This document shows, in pieces, positions 8,944 through 18,984 of a DNA stretch of 64,000 nt; positions within the stretch are counted from its first letter, which is position 1; every line of letters begins with the position of its first letter. A program made the translations under genes and the position numbers. The stretch comes from Candidatus Thorarchaeota archaeon. GTDB lineage: Archaea > Asgardarchaeota > Thorarchaeia > Thorarchaeales > Thorarchaeaceae. The notes below the pieces were generated by a model. The model saw only the letters and a program-made list of their open reading frames with translations. It was not told where the DNA came from and did no database searches. Location of the stretch: contig DXJO01000028.1 in the NCBI GenBank assembly GCA_019057475.1, positions 34,271 to 98,270 of the forward strand, given 5' to 3'.

Positions 8944-10626
8944 ATGACACGTTCACGTACAAGGGTTCTCTTACTAGGAATGGCATTGGCATTAATTTTG
9001 CTCTTCATGGTTTCCACCACGAGAGTAAGGGCTCAGGGATATGACGACACTTGGATTGGAGATACCAAGCTTCACATCCTAGTTAGGATTAATGGTGCGC
9101 CCTTGGCTGACGCGAAGGATTCGGCAAGTGCTATCGGCATTGATCTCAAAACCCCAATAGAGATTTACTTCGACACAAACGTAACCAATGACAAAGACCT
9201 GAATGTGACAGCATCACTGGTGTTCCACTACCAAGGTTATCCGCTGTTTTCTGTTGATGTGGTCAATGAAGCGACTGGATTACCCTGGATTATTGCCCCG
9301 CATGACGCGGACATCGATCCGGTCACGTCGATTCTCGACCTCAGCAATCTGACTCTAGGTCCTATCAGCCTCTTCACCGCCGTTATCGAAGTGCAATTCC
9401 TTTTTGAATACACAGAGATGCCCCTACAGGATACGGTGAGCAGAGTTCGGAAACTTTTCTATCTCAAGACGCCCACTGATCCTACATCCATATTGACATC
9501 GGCTACAGGAATCCTTGGCGTTGTGGCGACGGGAACAACAGCTTTTGCCCTTGTATCGAACTTCAACATGCTACTCGATGCCGTGAGAACTTCACACAAG
9601 CTTAGGAGTATTCAGAAGAAGGCTTCTGAACTGAGGTCTCTGCCTAACCTTGCCGTGCTGGGTGCATTACCCGCATTGTTCGCTCTCGTATCAGGGATGT
9701 CCAAAGGTGTCAAGAGAAAAGAGCGCAAGGATGGAGCAGAAGCACCATCCGAGAGCAGTGTCAGCGAGTACATGGTACGCCAGCGAATCCGTGAAACTGC
9801 CGGCGGTGCATGGCTTATGGACAAATGTCCAAAATGTAAGCGAAAGTGGAACAAGAAGACGAACGAATGCAAGAAGTGCGGTTTTGACTTGGAAGATGGT
9901 CAAAGAGCCTATGCGGACCTGCTAACATCCAAGGTGACTCCTGCCCTTCGCTTGCTCAACAAGAAGAAGAATGTATCAATTAAGCAGCTTGCAAAGAAGA
10001 CAAAGTCCAATAACTACAATGCGGGTGTTCTTGGAGCTGCTCTCGTGGATTCAGAGCTGAGTGAGATAACCAAGGTGTCGACTCCATTCAAGAGCTTCGT
10101 TATGAACATCGCAGGTCTCGCTTTTCTTATAATAACTTGGGATCAGCTTCTAGGAGGTAGCACTAGCAGTTTCGAGGACACCTTGACAATCATTGGAGCT
10201 ACGCTCTCTCTCGGAGTGATAGTTGCGCTTTACTTCACTCGCAAGTCACAGATTAAGAAATTCAGGACTGATGCCAATGGAATTACTCTTGAAACGCCAC
10301 CCCCAGAGGAAGATGTAGCTACAGACGAACCAGATGAGTTCGTAGATGAGGAACCATCTGCTGAGTCTGATGAAATCGAATCTCCTGAAGAGCCTGTGGA
10401 AGAGGAAGAGCCTGCTGAAGAAGAATTGGATGCCGAACCCGATGAGGCTGAAGATTCAGAAGAGTCTGTGGAAGAGCCTGTAGAAACAGACGAAGCAGAG
10501 CTCTCCTCTGAGAAGGCAGTCGAGGACAAAGATTCCGTTGAACTCGATGAGCCAAAGGCAGACTCAAACGAAGAAGAGGGGTTTGACCAGCTGACTCCGG
10601 AAGAGTTGGACAAGGAACGTATGTAG
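8944..10626 (+). CDS. Multi-pass membrane protein with signal peptide, zinc ribbon and long acidic C-terminal tail
   Basis: Hydrophobic N-terminus, several TM segments, CPKC...CKKC, more than 100 aa E/D-rich tail. Confidence 0.7.
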   Translation: MTRSRTRVLLLGMALALILLFMVSTTRVRAQGYDDTWIGDTKLHILVRINGAPLADAKDSASAIGIDLKTPIEIYFDTNVTNDKDLNVTASLVFHYQGYPLFSVDVVNEATGLPWIIAPHDADIDPVTSILDLSNLTLGPISLFTAVIEVQFLFEYTEMPLQDTVSRVRKLFYLKTPTDPTSILTSATGILGVVATGTTAFALVSNFNMLLDAVRTSHKLRSIQKKASELRSLPNLAVLGALPALFALVSGMSKGVKRKERKDGAEAPSESSVSEYMVRQRIRETAGGAWLMDKCPKCKRKWNKKTNECKKCGFDLEDGQRAYADLLTSKVTPALRLLNKKKNVSIKQLAKKTKSNNYNAGVLGAALVDSELSEITKVSTPFKSFVMNIAGLAFLIITWDQLLGGSTSSFEDTLTIIGATLSLGVIVALYFTRKSQIKKFRTDANGITLETPPPEEDVATDEPDEFVDEEPSAESDEIESPEEPVEEEEPAEEELDAEPDEAEDSEESVEEPVETDEAELSSEKAVEDKDSVELDEPKADSNEEEGFDQLTPEELDKERM

Positions 10627-10757
10627 TCCAGAGGGACGATAAGTTCCTCTGTTCTCCTTGGCCAGTTGATTCAACATGTAGATTCCCAAAGATTGAAGTT
10701 CAGGCATTTGCCGAGCAGGGCTCACTACTGCTCCAACTAATCTCGGAGTGTTAAGCA

Positions 10758-12119
10758 ATGGTTGACCAAATCGCAATTATTGGATGTGGTGCCGCTGGCG
10801 CAACTGTCGCAATGCAGGCAAGGAAGTTCAATCGAAAAGTAGGAATCTCGATTATTAACAAGGAACCGTACTCTCAGTATTCCCGATGTGGCCTTCCTTA
10901 CACGATTTCTGGAAAGGTAAAGACATTTGACGATCTTATCCTCATGCCGGTTGACAGCTGGTCCGGACTCAGGATTGACGCCAAGTTTGGCACAACAGTT
11001 ACAAAGATTGACCACAAAGCCAAGACATTGTTCTACGAGGGCCCAGAGGGTTTGGGGAGCTGTGAATATGATGCTCTGATCTTCGCAACTGGTGCACGCA
11101 ACGCTGACCCTCCGATAAAGGGTCTCGACAAGAAGCGCGTGTACGGCCTGAGAACTCTGGACGACGCCAAAGCCCTTGCCGCAGAAGTTGGCAAAACAAA
11201 GAATGCCGTCATCATTGGCGGTGGCCTTGTAGGTATGGAGGCTGCGGAAGCATTCCATGAGAAAGGCGTGAACGTGACCGTCGTTGAATTCCTACCCAAC
11301 ATCCTTCTGGCGATGGTTGACCCCGATATGGCAAGTATCGTAGAGGACCACTGCAAAGAGCACGGTCTGGAGATACTCACCAATACTGCCGCCCAAGAGA
11401 TTACTGGTGATGAAACGCCCCGCACTGTATTAGTTCAAAATAGAGAAACTCAGGAAATAAAGGAGATACCTGCCGACATAGTCGTTGTATCGACTGGTGT
11501 GAGAGCTGTCACCGATCTTGCAGCATCAATCGGTGCGGAGATTGGCACGACAAGGGGCATCAAGACCAACGAGCGAATGATGACGAACTTGAAGGACGTC
11601 TACGCCGTCGGCGACTGTTCCGAGAATGTTGGATTCATGACGAGAAAACCCGTTCCCGGTGGTCTCGGAACTGTTGCAGTGAGACAGGCACGTGTTGCAG
11701 GAATCAATGCTGCAGGTGGTGACGTGAAGTTCCCTGGAATTGTTGGAGCTAAGGTCACCAAACTGTTTGGGCTTGAAGTTGCTAGCACAGGCTTCATTGA
11801 ATACACTGCTAAAATCTTCGAAGTAGAAATCGTCAAGGGTTCTGTTAAAGGGAGCACCAAGCCCCATTACTATGCTGGTGGGAAAGATATCAAGGTCAAG
11901 ACGTTCTATGAGAAGGGCACAGGGAAGCTCGTGGGCGGCCAGATTGTGGGTCTCGAAGACGCTGCGATGAGAATCAATGTGATTACGCTCGGAATTCAGC
12001 ACAAGATAACTGCGGCTGACCTATTTAACATGGAGAATTGCTACGCCCCTGCGATTTGCGACACATGGGATCCGCTGGTCACATCTGCAGAAGCGGCTCG
12101 ACGCAGACTGAAGATCTGA
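10758..12119 (+). CDS. NADH oxidase / CoA-disulfide reductase family flavoprotein
   Basis: GCGAAG, redox Cys in SRCGLPY, IGGGLVGME, YAVGDC, C-terminal YAP. Confidence 0.85.
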   Translation: MVDQIAIIGCGAAGATVAMQARKFNRKVGISIINKEPYSQYSRCGLPYTISGKVKTFDDLILMPVDSWSGLRIDAKFGTTVTKIDHKAKTLFYEGPEGLGSCEYDALIFATGARNADPPIKGLDKKRVYGLRTLDDAKALAAEVGKTKNAVIIGGGLVGMEAAEAFHEKGVNVTVVEFLPNILLAMVDPDMASIVEDHCKEHGLEILTNTAAQEITGDETPRTVLVQNRETQEIKEIPADIVVVSTGVRAVTDLAASIGAEIGTTRGIKTNERMMTNLKDVYAVGDCSENVGFMTRKPVPGGLGTVAVRQARVAGINAAGGDVKFPGIVGAKVTKLFGLEVASTGFIEYTAKIFEVEIVKGSVKGSTKPHYYAGGKDIKVKTFYEKGTGKLVGGQIVGLEDAAMRINVITLGIQHKITAADLFNMENCYAPAICDTWDPLVTSAEAARRRLKI

Positions 12120-12173
12120 ATTCCCCCATCATCCACAATCTCAAGCAGTGCTCCAAGGTAGTTCGCCCTTGGC

Positions 12174-12662
12174 TCATTCATAGGTGATTGTCTTGATGTT
12201 GTCAAGCGCGTATTGAAATGACGAAACCTGCGTGGGTGAGCTTGCCACAAGGGCTATTCTCTCCACGCTTTCCGCGTTCTTGGCATGGGCATGAACCGCC
12301 TTCACAATCTCCTCGGCGGTTTCCCACGTGGGAATTCTTCCGACTTCTAGTCCCATTGTGAAGAATCCGACTTCCTTGACCTCAAGACCCTCTGCTGTCC
12401 GTAGAGCTTTGCTAGTCGCGTCATAGATTATTGCCCGTCGACCCGAATCGGTCATTGAAACGCTCGGCCAGTGCTCCACATTCTCAGATGATGTGGCCTC
12501 TTGGATTGTTATCCCAAAGCTCCCAAGGTGGCCGCTTGCACTTCCTGTGTTCGTGCCCACCTGAATGTTCTTTGCCTTGACGACTAAACCAAGGTCTGTG
12601 TCATCCGCGCGGCCAAGCGAAATGGATACAGAGATGTTGCCAATCATCCATTCCTCTTTCAC
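12174..12662 (-). CDS. Degenerate macrodomain-like protein
   Basis: Macro-like C-terminal half (KALRTAEGLEVKEVGFFTMGLEVGRIP); lacks the NAAN/GxGV motif; ATGA overlap with upstream macro gene. Confidence 0.55.
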   Translation of the reverse strand: MKEEWMIGNISVSISLGRADDTDLGLVVKAKNIQVGTNTGSASGHLGSFGITIQEATSSENVEHWPSVSMTDSGRRAIIYDATSKALRTAEGLEVKEVGFFTMGLEVGRIPTWETAEEIVKAVHAHAKNAESVERIALVASSPTQVSSFQYALDNIKTITYE

Positions 12663-13180
12663 ATCCCTGCCCCCGTGATCTTTAGTGCCCCCTCAAATGC
12701 GCCGTTCACTTCAGGACCTAACGATGCAAGAATCACTTCCTTGAGGGAACTGGCGCTGGTTGAATGGTCCTCGATCGCCTCAACAACAGCCTTCGCGGAT
12801 TGTTCTTTGGAGAGTCCCCCGACACCTGCTCCGATTGCTGGAAATGCAATCGATGTCAATTCATTCTCAGTTGCCAGTCTAAGCGCTTCTCGAACAGATG
12901 ACTTGACGCTGTCATATGTGGCGGGTTTTCCTGGTGACATTCCTGCGCAATGAACTACATGTTTTGCGGAGAGCGCTCCTGCACTGGTGATGACTGCCTC
13001 GCCCGGCTTAATGGGTCCTTGAGCCATCGCTTCTTGCTCTATGATGTCTCCTCCTTTTCTCTTGATGGCACCAGCAACACCAGAACCCATCCATAGATCC
13101 GAGTTGGCGGCGTTGACAACTGCATCAACACTTAACGCAGTGATGTTCCCGATGTGCGTTCGGACCAATATGCCTCCCAT
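12659..13180 (-). CDS. Macrodomain protein (MacroD/YmdB-like ADP-ribose hydrolase)
   Basis: GNIT...DAVVNAAN..L.MGSGVAGAI, VVHCAG, SIAFPAIGAGVGG; start trimmed to ATG 13180. Confidence 0.9.
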   Translation of the reverse strand: MGGILVRTHIGNITALSVDAVVNAANSDLWMGSGVAGAIKRKGGDIIEQEAMAQGPIKPGEAVITSAGALSAKHVVHCAGMSPGKPATYDSVKSSVREALRLATENELTSIAFPAIGAGVGGLSKEQSAKAVVEAIEDHSTSASSLKEVILASLGPEVNGAFEGALKITGAGM

Positions 13181-13293
13181 TTTCTTTTCCACAAATGCCA
13201 CTTCCTCGCTTGGACGCATTGAATATATGGCGCGAACACGTAAAAGTATGTCGAGGTACACAACCCTTTTCTCTGCATCAGAATGCGTTCCTA

Positions 13294-13881
13294 GTGGCGA
13301 GTCAACTGAACGACATAGATCCTGCCGAACTCGAGTCCATTATCAACGAATATGGAGCACCCAGACGCCTCCATTTTAAGGCTAATTTCGTTGAGTTCGA
13401 ATGTGAGCTTGTAAGGCGAAGTGCTTCCAAGAATCGATACCATGACATAACGTGTTTCATACCCTATGATGGGGGCTATGTTGGAATACAGAAACCAGGC
13501 TATGCCGGGTCAGGAATCTTCAGAGCCCCCTCAGGAGGTGCCAATCTTGGAGAGTCCTTACGGAAGGCGGCTGTACGTGAGATGCACGAGGAAACCGGTC
13601 TCGATATACAGCTCATCAGATTCGTCCTGGACCTTACCCTAGATGTAGTGTGCAGTGATGGAGTCATACCATGGAGGTCGTTGGTTTTCTTAGTTGAGGC
13701 AACTGGCGGTGAGATGAAACCCATTGACACCCACGAGATTTTTGACATCAGAGTCGTTACTCGTGAGGAGATGCTGGGCGAAATAACTCGTTTCATGGAA
13801 GAGTCTGGTTGGGGTGGCTTCAAGTACCGAGCATTTCTCACCAAATCGTTCTTCGAGAGAATAGACGAGCTTGGTTTCTGA
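13294..13881 (+). CDS. Nudix hydrolase
   Basis: Nudix box GGANLGESLRKAAVREMHEETGL; start uncertain (GTG 13294 chosen). Confidence 0.85.
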   Translation: MASQLNDIDPAELESIINEYGAPRRLHFKANFVEFECELVRRSASKNRYHDITCFIPYDGGYVGIQKPGYAGSGIFRAPSGGANLGESLRKAAVREMHEETGLDIQLIRFVLDLTLDVVCSDGVIPWRSLVFLVEATGGEMKPIDTHEIFDIRVVTREEMLGEITRFMEESGWGGFKYRAFLTKSFFERIDELGF

Positions 13882-13947
13882 TGTGTTTGATCCCGTATTG
13901 CAGAGAATAGGACGGTCGGCTGCAGCGGTACTGCAGCCTACTCAGCT

Positions 13948-14910
13948 CTATGGAGTCATTGTAATGTTGAGCCTTTTTACCAGCTCTTTGTACCTATTCC
14001 TGACAGTCACTTCAGTGACTCCCGCAGCCATTGCGATATCGCGCTGGGTGACTCTGCTGTCTTCTAGGATAGATGCGATATAGATAGCGGCAGCTGCAAG
14101 TCCTCTGGGGTCTCTCCCAGTAATGAGGCTTCTCTGCTTCTTTGCATCTTCAAGGATTTCCAAGACCCTGCGTTGAACTTTGCCTGGAAGGCCTAATTGC
14201 GTGATGAATCTTGGAACATAGTTAGCAGGCTCTGAAACAGGCATTCTTAATCCAAGCTTTTCAACAAGAAGCCTGTAGTGTTGCCCAATCTTCTTCTTGG
14301 ACACGCGTGAGTGCCTTGATATTTCTTCGAGCGACCTTGGAGCGGTTCTTAGTCTGCATGCGGCATAGATTGCTGCTCCGACCATGGCGTCGATTGATCT
14401 ACTGCGTGCGAGCCTTCGAATGATGAGCTTTCTGTACAAGAGCGCAGCAAGCTCTTTGATGCTCCTTGTAAGTCCAAGTTGTGAAGCCAGTCTATCAAGC
14501 TCGCTCATGGCTTGTGCTAGATTTCTATCCACAGAGCTGTGAACCCGTGTCCGAATCTGCCACTTACGAAGCCTGTAGATTTCAGATCTCTTCTTAGCTG
14601 TGAATCGCTTGCCCTGTGAGTCATGGTCTCGCCAATCAATCATGGTTGAGAGACCCTTATCATGGATAGCATAGTTCGTTGGTGCTCCAGTCCTCGAACG
14701 TGCATTCTTCTCATCAGCTGTGAAAGCTCTCCACTCTGGGCCTGTGTCTATTCTGTGATCACTGATCACAAGACCGCACGCGGCGCAGATCCTCTCCCCT
14801 TTCTCAAGGTCCTGTACGACCTCAGTCCCTCCGCACTCTGAACATGTGAAGCCGGATTTACTGCGTGCGCGCTCCCCACGTTTCTCTGTGCGGTTCATAT
14901 TTGATGCCAT
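13948..14910 (-). CDS. tfb: Transcription initiation factor IIB
   Basis: Zn ribbon CSECG...CAACG, GPEWRAF, two cyclin repeats, GVTEVTVRNRYKEL. Confidence 0.97.
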   Translation of the reverse strand: MASNMNRTEKRGERARSKSGFTCSECGGTEVVQDLEKGERICAACGLVISDHRIDTGPEWRAFTADEKNARSRTGAPTNYAIHDKGLSTMIDWRDHDSQGKRFTAKKRSEIYRLRKWQIRTRVHSSVDRNLAQAMSELDRLASQLGLTRSIKELAALLYRKLIIRRLARSRSIDAMVGAAIYAACRLRTAPRSLEEISRHSRVSKKKIGQHYRLLVEKLGLRMPVSEPANYVPRFITQLGLPGKVQRRVLEILEDAKKQRSLITGRDPRGLAAAAIYIASILEDSRVTQRDIAMAAGVTEVTVRNRYKELVKRLNITMTP

Positions 14911-15052
14911 CTTCTTGTTACCTCTCCCTCGGATCTTAGAACGCTAGCCAGCACTGTACCGGTCAATAGCTTCCGTTGCGGATGCTATTTCGGTGGTGAT
15001 ATGACGCAAGAAATCGGTCAGATTCTGCTAAGGCCCCGTCGAATCCGTTACA

Positions 15053-15066
15053 CTTATATATAAACC
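15053..15066 (-). promoter_or_regulatory. Probable TATA box for tfb (TTTATATATAAG on minus strand)
   Basis: Canonical archaeal TATA about 145 bp upstream of the tfb start. Confidence 0.5.
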
Positions 15067-15218
15067 CGCAATCGCACTTAAAAATCTTTCGTTTTATGCT
15101 CGGATAGCACCAATTCTAATTGTTTCCCTCTCCCCGTTCCCAATGTTGGTTTCATTTGCTATTAAAGATTGCGAAATCAGGAACTCGCCCCAAGAATGCA
15201 TTTTTCCAAGTAACTGTT

Positions 15219-15740
15219 TTAACAATCGCAGTCTTCCGGACGGTCGCCGGTCGCAGCGAACTCCTCAAAGTGCTTCAGCCATTTCGGTTTCTTGGGAGCT
15301 GTCTGGATGAACTCAACGAACTTAGTAACCCGATCGATTGTTTCGGGATGAGCGATATGCTCAATCTCACAAGCGTCTATGCTTGCTATCTCCTCTTCAA
15401 TGCCTATGAACAGAAAGAAATTCTTCAGTATATTGTGAACCCTCTCAAGGTATTCGCCTATCTTTCGCCCTTGAACAGTCAGGGTTACACTTCTGTAGGG
15501 CTTGTACTTGACCATTCCTAGATCATGAAGTCGCTTGAGGGCAGAGGTAACACTTGGCGCCTTCACATCCAATGAGTTGGCAATATCAGAAACTGCGGCT
15601 GAACCCTTCTCTTTCTCAAGAATGTGAATTGTCTTGATATACTCCTCAAGAGTTCTTGTAAGCCTTGAGTCGGCTCTGCTTCGTTTAATCGACTTGATTC
15701 TTCCGTGAATAATTGGTATTCCCTCCTTAACGCTGTACAT
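15219..15740 (-). CDS. DtxR/MntR-family metal-dependent repressor
   Basis: EEYIKTI, DIANSLDVKAPSVTSALKRL, DACEIEH; exact start uncertain. Confidence 0.9.
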   Translation of the reverse strand: MYSVKEGIPIIHGRIKSIKRSRADSRLTRTLEEYIKTIHILEKEKGSAAVSDIANSLDVKAPSVTSALKRLHDLGMVKYKPYRSVTLTVQGRKIGEYLERVHNILKNFFLFIGIEEEIASIDACEIEHIAHPETIDRVTKFVEFIQTAPKKPKWLKHFEEFAATGDRPEDCDC

Positions 15741-15990
15741 ACCTCTTGCCCTTTGCAGTCACGTAGTATGCTTGTCCTGATACCTCGGTGTTGCAGCTGC
15801 CTGCAGACGGACAACTCGAACAGACGACCTTCTCAGAGGTTTCGCACTCAGAGAGCCTGAGGTAGCCTCTCTCAAGCAGAATCTTCAACATGTCATCTAG
15901 GGTCTCCATCTGCACTCCCACACGTTCAGCCATCTCTCTCTTGTAGAGTATGCCGTCATTCACTATTAGCTGGAGTATCTTCTTGAGCAC
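15727..15990 (-). CDS. feoC: FeoC-like winged-helix Fe-S protein
   Basis: wHTH followed by CSSCPSAGSC, inside the feo operon. Confidence 0.7.
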   Translation of the reverse strand: MLKKILQLIVNDGILYKREMAERVGVQMETLDDMLKILLERGYLRLSECETSEKVVCSSCPSAGSCNTEVSGQAYYVTAKGKRYVQR

Positions 15991-15994
15991 TAAT

Positions 15995-16456
15995 CTATGC
16001 CCCCCTTCTCGCTCTCCTTTTTTCTCTGTGCATCGATATCGCTATCGGGAGAACTGGGATGAAGAGTAACAGTGCGGGCGTTAAATCGCCGAGGAGAATC
16101 CACTCTCTCCAATCTTCAAGTTGTAGCCACCATCCCAAAGCGTTGGTCCCCAGGATGATAAGCTGCAGAACGAAAAGAATGCCCCCCAAAATCGATCCAA
16201 CAGCTAAGTAGGCATAACCCTCCCGATCCTCTCCGAGTAGAGGACGAACTCCGGAGATGTATACAAGAGCAACAACAACCAGCATGATTCCGCCTATTGG
16301 GTCGCTAATGAGCGCGTTCAGATTCATCATGCCGATTCCCACGAGAATCTGCAACACTCCAAGTATACCGTATCCTGCGCCAGCAAGCGCAGCGATTATG
16401 GCTGCAGTTCTAAATTCCGAGGAAGTACTTGAATGGAAACCTCCACTCCTATCCAA
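15995..16456 (-). CDS. 4-TM membrane protein in feo operon
   Basis: Four hydrophobic helices; overlaps the feoB stop. Confidence 0.7.
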   Translation of the reverse strand: MDRSGGFHSSTSSEFRTAAIIAALAGAGYGILGVLQILVGIGMMNLNALISDPIGGIMLVVVALVYISGVRPLLGEDREGYAYLAVGSILGGILFVLQLIILGTNALGWWLQLEDWREWILLGDLTPALLLFIPVLPIAISMHREKRRARRGA

Positions 16457-17756
16457 CCAACAACCCTCCTACAACAACTACAACAAGCGCCGCCGCGTAT
16501 GCCAGCACTATCTGGTATACCACTGAGAACACAGTCCATTTGTTGGAACCTGTTTCCTTTCTTACTATGCCAATTACTGCGATACAGGGCGTATAAAGCA
16601 AGACAAACACCATGAGCGCGAGTGCCGAAACTGGGGTGATGCTTGCAGCCAACGCCCCAGCTAATGCAGCCTCTCCCTGAGCTGCGTAGATGACACCAAT
16701 TGCTTCGACGACTACTTCCTTCGCCAGCAAGCCGAAGATCAGGGCGGCGACAATCTGCCAGTTGAAGCCTAGCGGTGCAAAAATCGGCTCGAAGAGGTGC
16801 CCAAGTATGCTAACAAAGGACTCCTCAACAGGCACACCAAATCCGCCTGGACCGGTGTTCGATATGAACCACAGGATAATAGCCCCTGCCAGAAGATACG
16901 TTCCTGCTTTCTTCAGGAATAGCGATGCTCTCTCCCACATATGGATGATGGACCCGTGAAATGTTGGGACTTGGTACATCGGGAGTTCCATGAGCAATGG
17001 TGTTGATTCCTCTCTAAAAATGGTTTTTTTGAAGATCAGTGCCATAGTGACTGCCATAACAATCCCCAATATGTACAGCAGGAAGACAATGGTCCCCGCA
17101 ATGTCCGGAAAGAAGACTCCCGCAATCAATACATAGACTGGCAATCTTGCGGCACATGACATGAGTGGGCTCACTAGGATTGTGGTCAGTCGATTTGAAT
17201 CGCCGTCCACTGTCCTTGCTGCCATGATAGCTGGCACAGTACATCCAAATCCCAACAGAAGTGGTATGAATGACCTGCCCTGTAGGCCCATTCTGACCAT
17301 GATGCGATCCATAACGAATGCCGCTCTCGCGAGGTACCCGCTATCTTCGAGGACGGAGATTGCAAAGTACATGAACATTATCGGAGGAACGAATACAAGT
17401 ATGAAACCAACTCCCCCAATTACCCCATCTGTGAGTAAGGATGCAAGCCATGGGATTGGAATCTGAGATGTATAGCTGCCTACCCATTCAAAGATCACCT
17501 CGATAATTGCCATAAAGACAGCTGATGCCTGAAATGTGAAATTAAACATGGACCAGATTATCACTAGAAAAACAGGTAATCCGAGGTACCGGTTGAGGAA
17601 CACCTTATCCAACGAGTCACTCCAGCTCCATTTCGCGTGACCCGGTTCATAGACATCGCACAGAATCTCGCCAATTATTGAGTACCTTTCGTCAGCTAGT
17701 ATTATCTGAGGGTCCATTCCTTCTTCGACATCCAGGATTTCGCTGGACACTTTCAT
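16449..17756 (-). CDS. feoB: FeoB membrane domain (C-terminal half of split FeoB)
   Basis: LEDSGYLARAAFVMD, GFGCTVPAIMAAR, MSCAARLP, AKEVVV, LYTPC. Confidence 0.92.
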   Translation of the reverse strand: MKVSSEILDVEEGMDPQIILADERYSIIGEILCDVYEPGHAKWSWSDSLDKVFLNRYLGLPVFLVIIWSMFNFTFQASAVFMAIIEVIFEWVGSYTSQIPIPWLASLLTDGVIGGVGFILVFVPPIMFMYFAISVLEDSGYLARAAFVMDRIMVRMGLQGRSFIPLLLGFGCTVPAIMAARTVDGDSNRLTTILVSPLMSCAARLPVYVLIAGVFFPDIAGTIVFLLYILGIVMAVTMALIFKKTIFREESTPLLMELPMYQVPTFHGSIIHMWERASLFLKKAGTYLLAGAIILWFISNTGPGGFGVPVEESFVSILGHLFEPIFAPLGFNWQIVAALIFGLLAKEVVVEAIGVIYAAQGEAALAGALAASITPVSALALMVFVLLYTPCIAVIGIVRKETGSNKWTVFSVVYQIVLAYAAALVVVVVGGLLVG

Positions 17757-18574
17757 AAGGTCACCTCCAGAAGGGTTTCCTTGAGTTCTTGATTTTCAAT
17801 GAGTGACAAGATATCGGGGTCCCGTTCGAGGATTCTAAGCGCAAGCCAGCGAGGCGGGAAACGTTCCATTAGCTCTGGTTCGTTGTCAAGAATCATGACT
17901 ATCTGCTTCAGGCGCTTCTCGATTCTGTTGCTGTACTTGATTACGGGCGGCCGGAGGCGTTCATATTGGCCGTGATGATGGAGCTTCGGGTGGTAGTGCA
18001 AGTGGTTTCTCTTGGGTTCTTCGCCTGGCATGTGTTGCTCCCCCGTAGCATCGGCGGCGCCAGCCAGCTTCGCAGCAACATGATTGGGGGCAGCTCTGAG
18101 AATGGCTTCTTTCAGCTCATCCATGCCTTCCTTTTTTGTTGCGGTGGTCACAACGATTGGCACGCCCAAACGCTCGGAAAGCTTTTCGATGTCGATCTTA
18201 TCCCCTCGACTTTCGACCACATCATACATGTTCAAAACAATAACGAGATTCACTTGAAGCTCAATAAGCAGGAGTGCAAGATAGAGGTTTCTCTCGAGTT
18301 GTGAGGCGTTTAGGATGTCCACGACCACATCGGGTCGGTTGTCTACCAAGTAGTCTCGAGCTACTTGCTCATCTTCCGAACGGGCGCTAAGGCTGTAGAC
18401 TCCGGGGAGGTCAATGATTTCGAACTTCTGGTCCTTGTAGGTGAAATATCCCTCTTTCATTTCAACTGTCTTGCCGGGCCAGTTGCCAGTATGCTGCTTA
18501 AGACCGGTGAGGTTGTTGAATACAACGCTCTTGCCGACGTTTGGATTCCCAATTAGGGCGACGCTAATCTTCAT
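17753..18574 (-). CDS. feoB: FeoB GTPase domain (N-terminal half of split FeoB) with His-rich insert
   Basis: GNPNVGKS, GNWPGKTVE, DLPG.YSL, NM.D; HLHYHPKLHHH insert. Confidence 0.92.
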   Translation of the reverse strand: MKISVALIGNPNVGKSVVFNNLTGLKQHTGNWPGKTVEMKEGYFTYKDQKFEIIDLPGVYSLSARSEDEQVARDYLVDNRPDVVVDILNASQLERNLYLALLLIELQVNLVIVLNMYDVVESRGDKIDIEKLSERLGVPIVVTTATKKEGMDELKEAILRAAPNHVAAKLAGAADATGEQHMPGEEPKRNHLHYHPKLHHHGQYERLRPPVIKYSNRIEKRLKQIVMILDNEPELMERFPPRWLALRILERDPDILSLIENQELKETLLEVTL

Positions 18575-18581
18575 AGTCCCT

Positions 18582-18935
18582 TTAGACCTCCTTAACAAGA
18601 ATTCTGGCGGCGAGGCGATGACCGAGAGCTATTCTCGTTCCCCGCACTTCAACCAATACAGGACCTCTGCCTCCTCCATGAACCACTAGGAACGTACAGC
18701 CCCTTGTGAGACCCAGATCCATAATGCGTCTCACCATCTCTCTGTGGTGGTGCCTGAACAGCCCTCTGTGACGACCACCGTGTCTTGCTCCTCGCCTTCC
18801 ATGACCTGCCAAGCGTCGTTGGAATCTCGGTCCCCGCTCGACTACGTCAACTAGTCTGCACATTGTCCCATCCCTTACTGTTGTCAGTGGTTTGGCTTCG
18901 ATGTTTGTCACTGGTTTTCTGTCGTCCGCGGCCAT
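18582..18935 (-). CDS. feoA: FeoA with His/Arg/Gly-rich insert
   Basis: RRIMDLGL..G, GPVLVEVRGTRIALG..LA.RILV. Confidence 0.85.
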   Translation of the reverse strand: MAADDRKPVTNIEAKPLTTVRDGTMCRLVDVVERGPRFQRRLAGHGRRGARHGGRHRGLFRHHHREMVRRIMDLGLTRGCTFLVVHGGGRGPVLVEVRGTRIALGHRLAARILVKEV

Positions 18936-18984
18936 GTTGGTGATTCCTCTCTGCATTATGATTTGCCCGCACAGCATTGGAAAA

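Noticed and set aside
10230-10613. Ser-rich antisense ORF and other short overlapping ORFs in the track
   Set aside because: Shadow frames of well-supported genes
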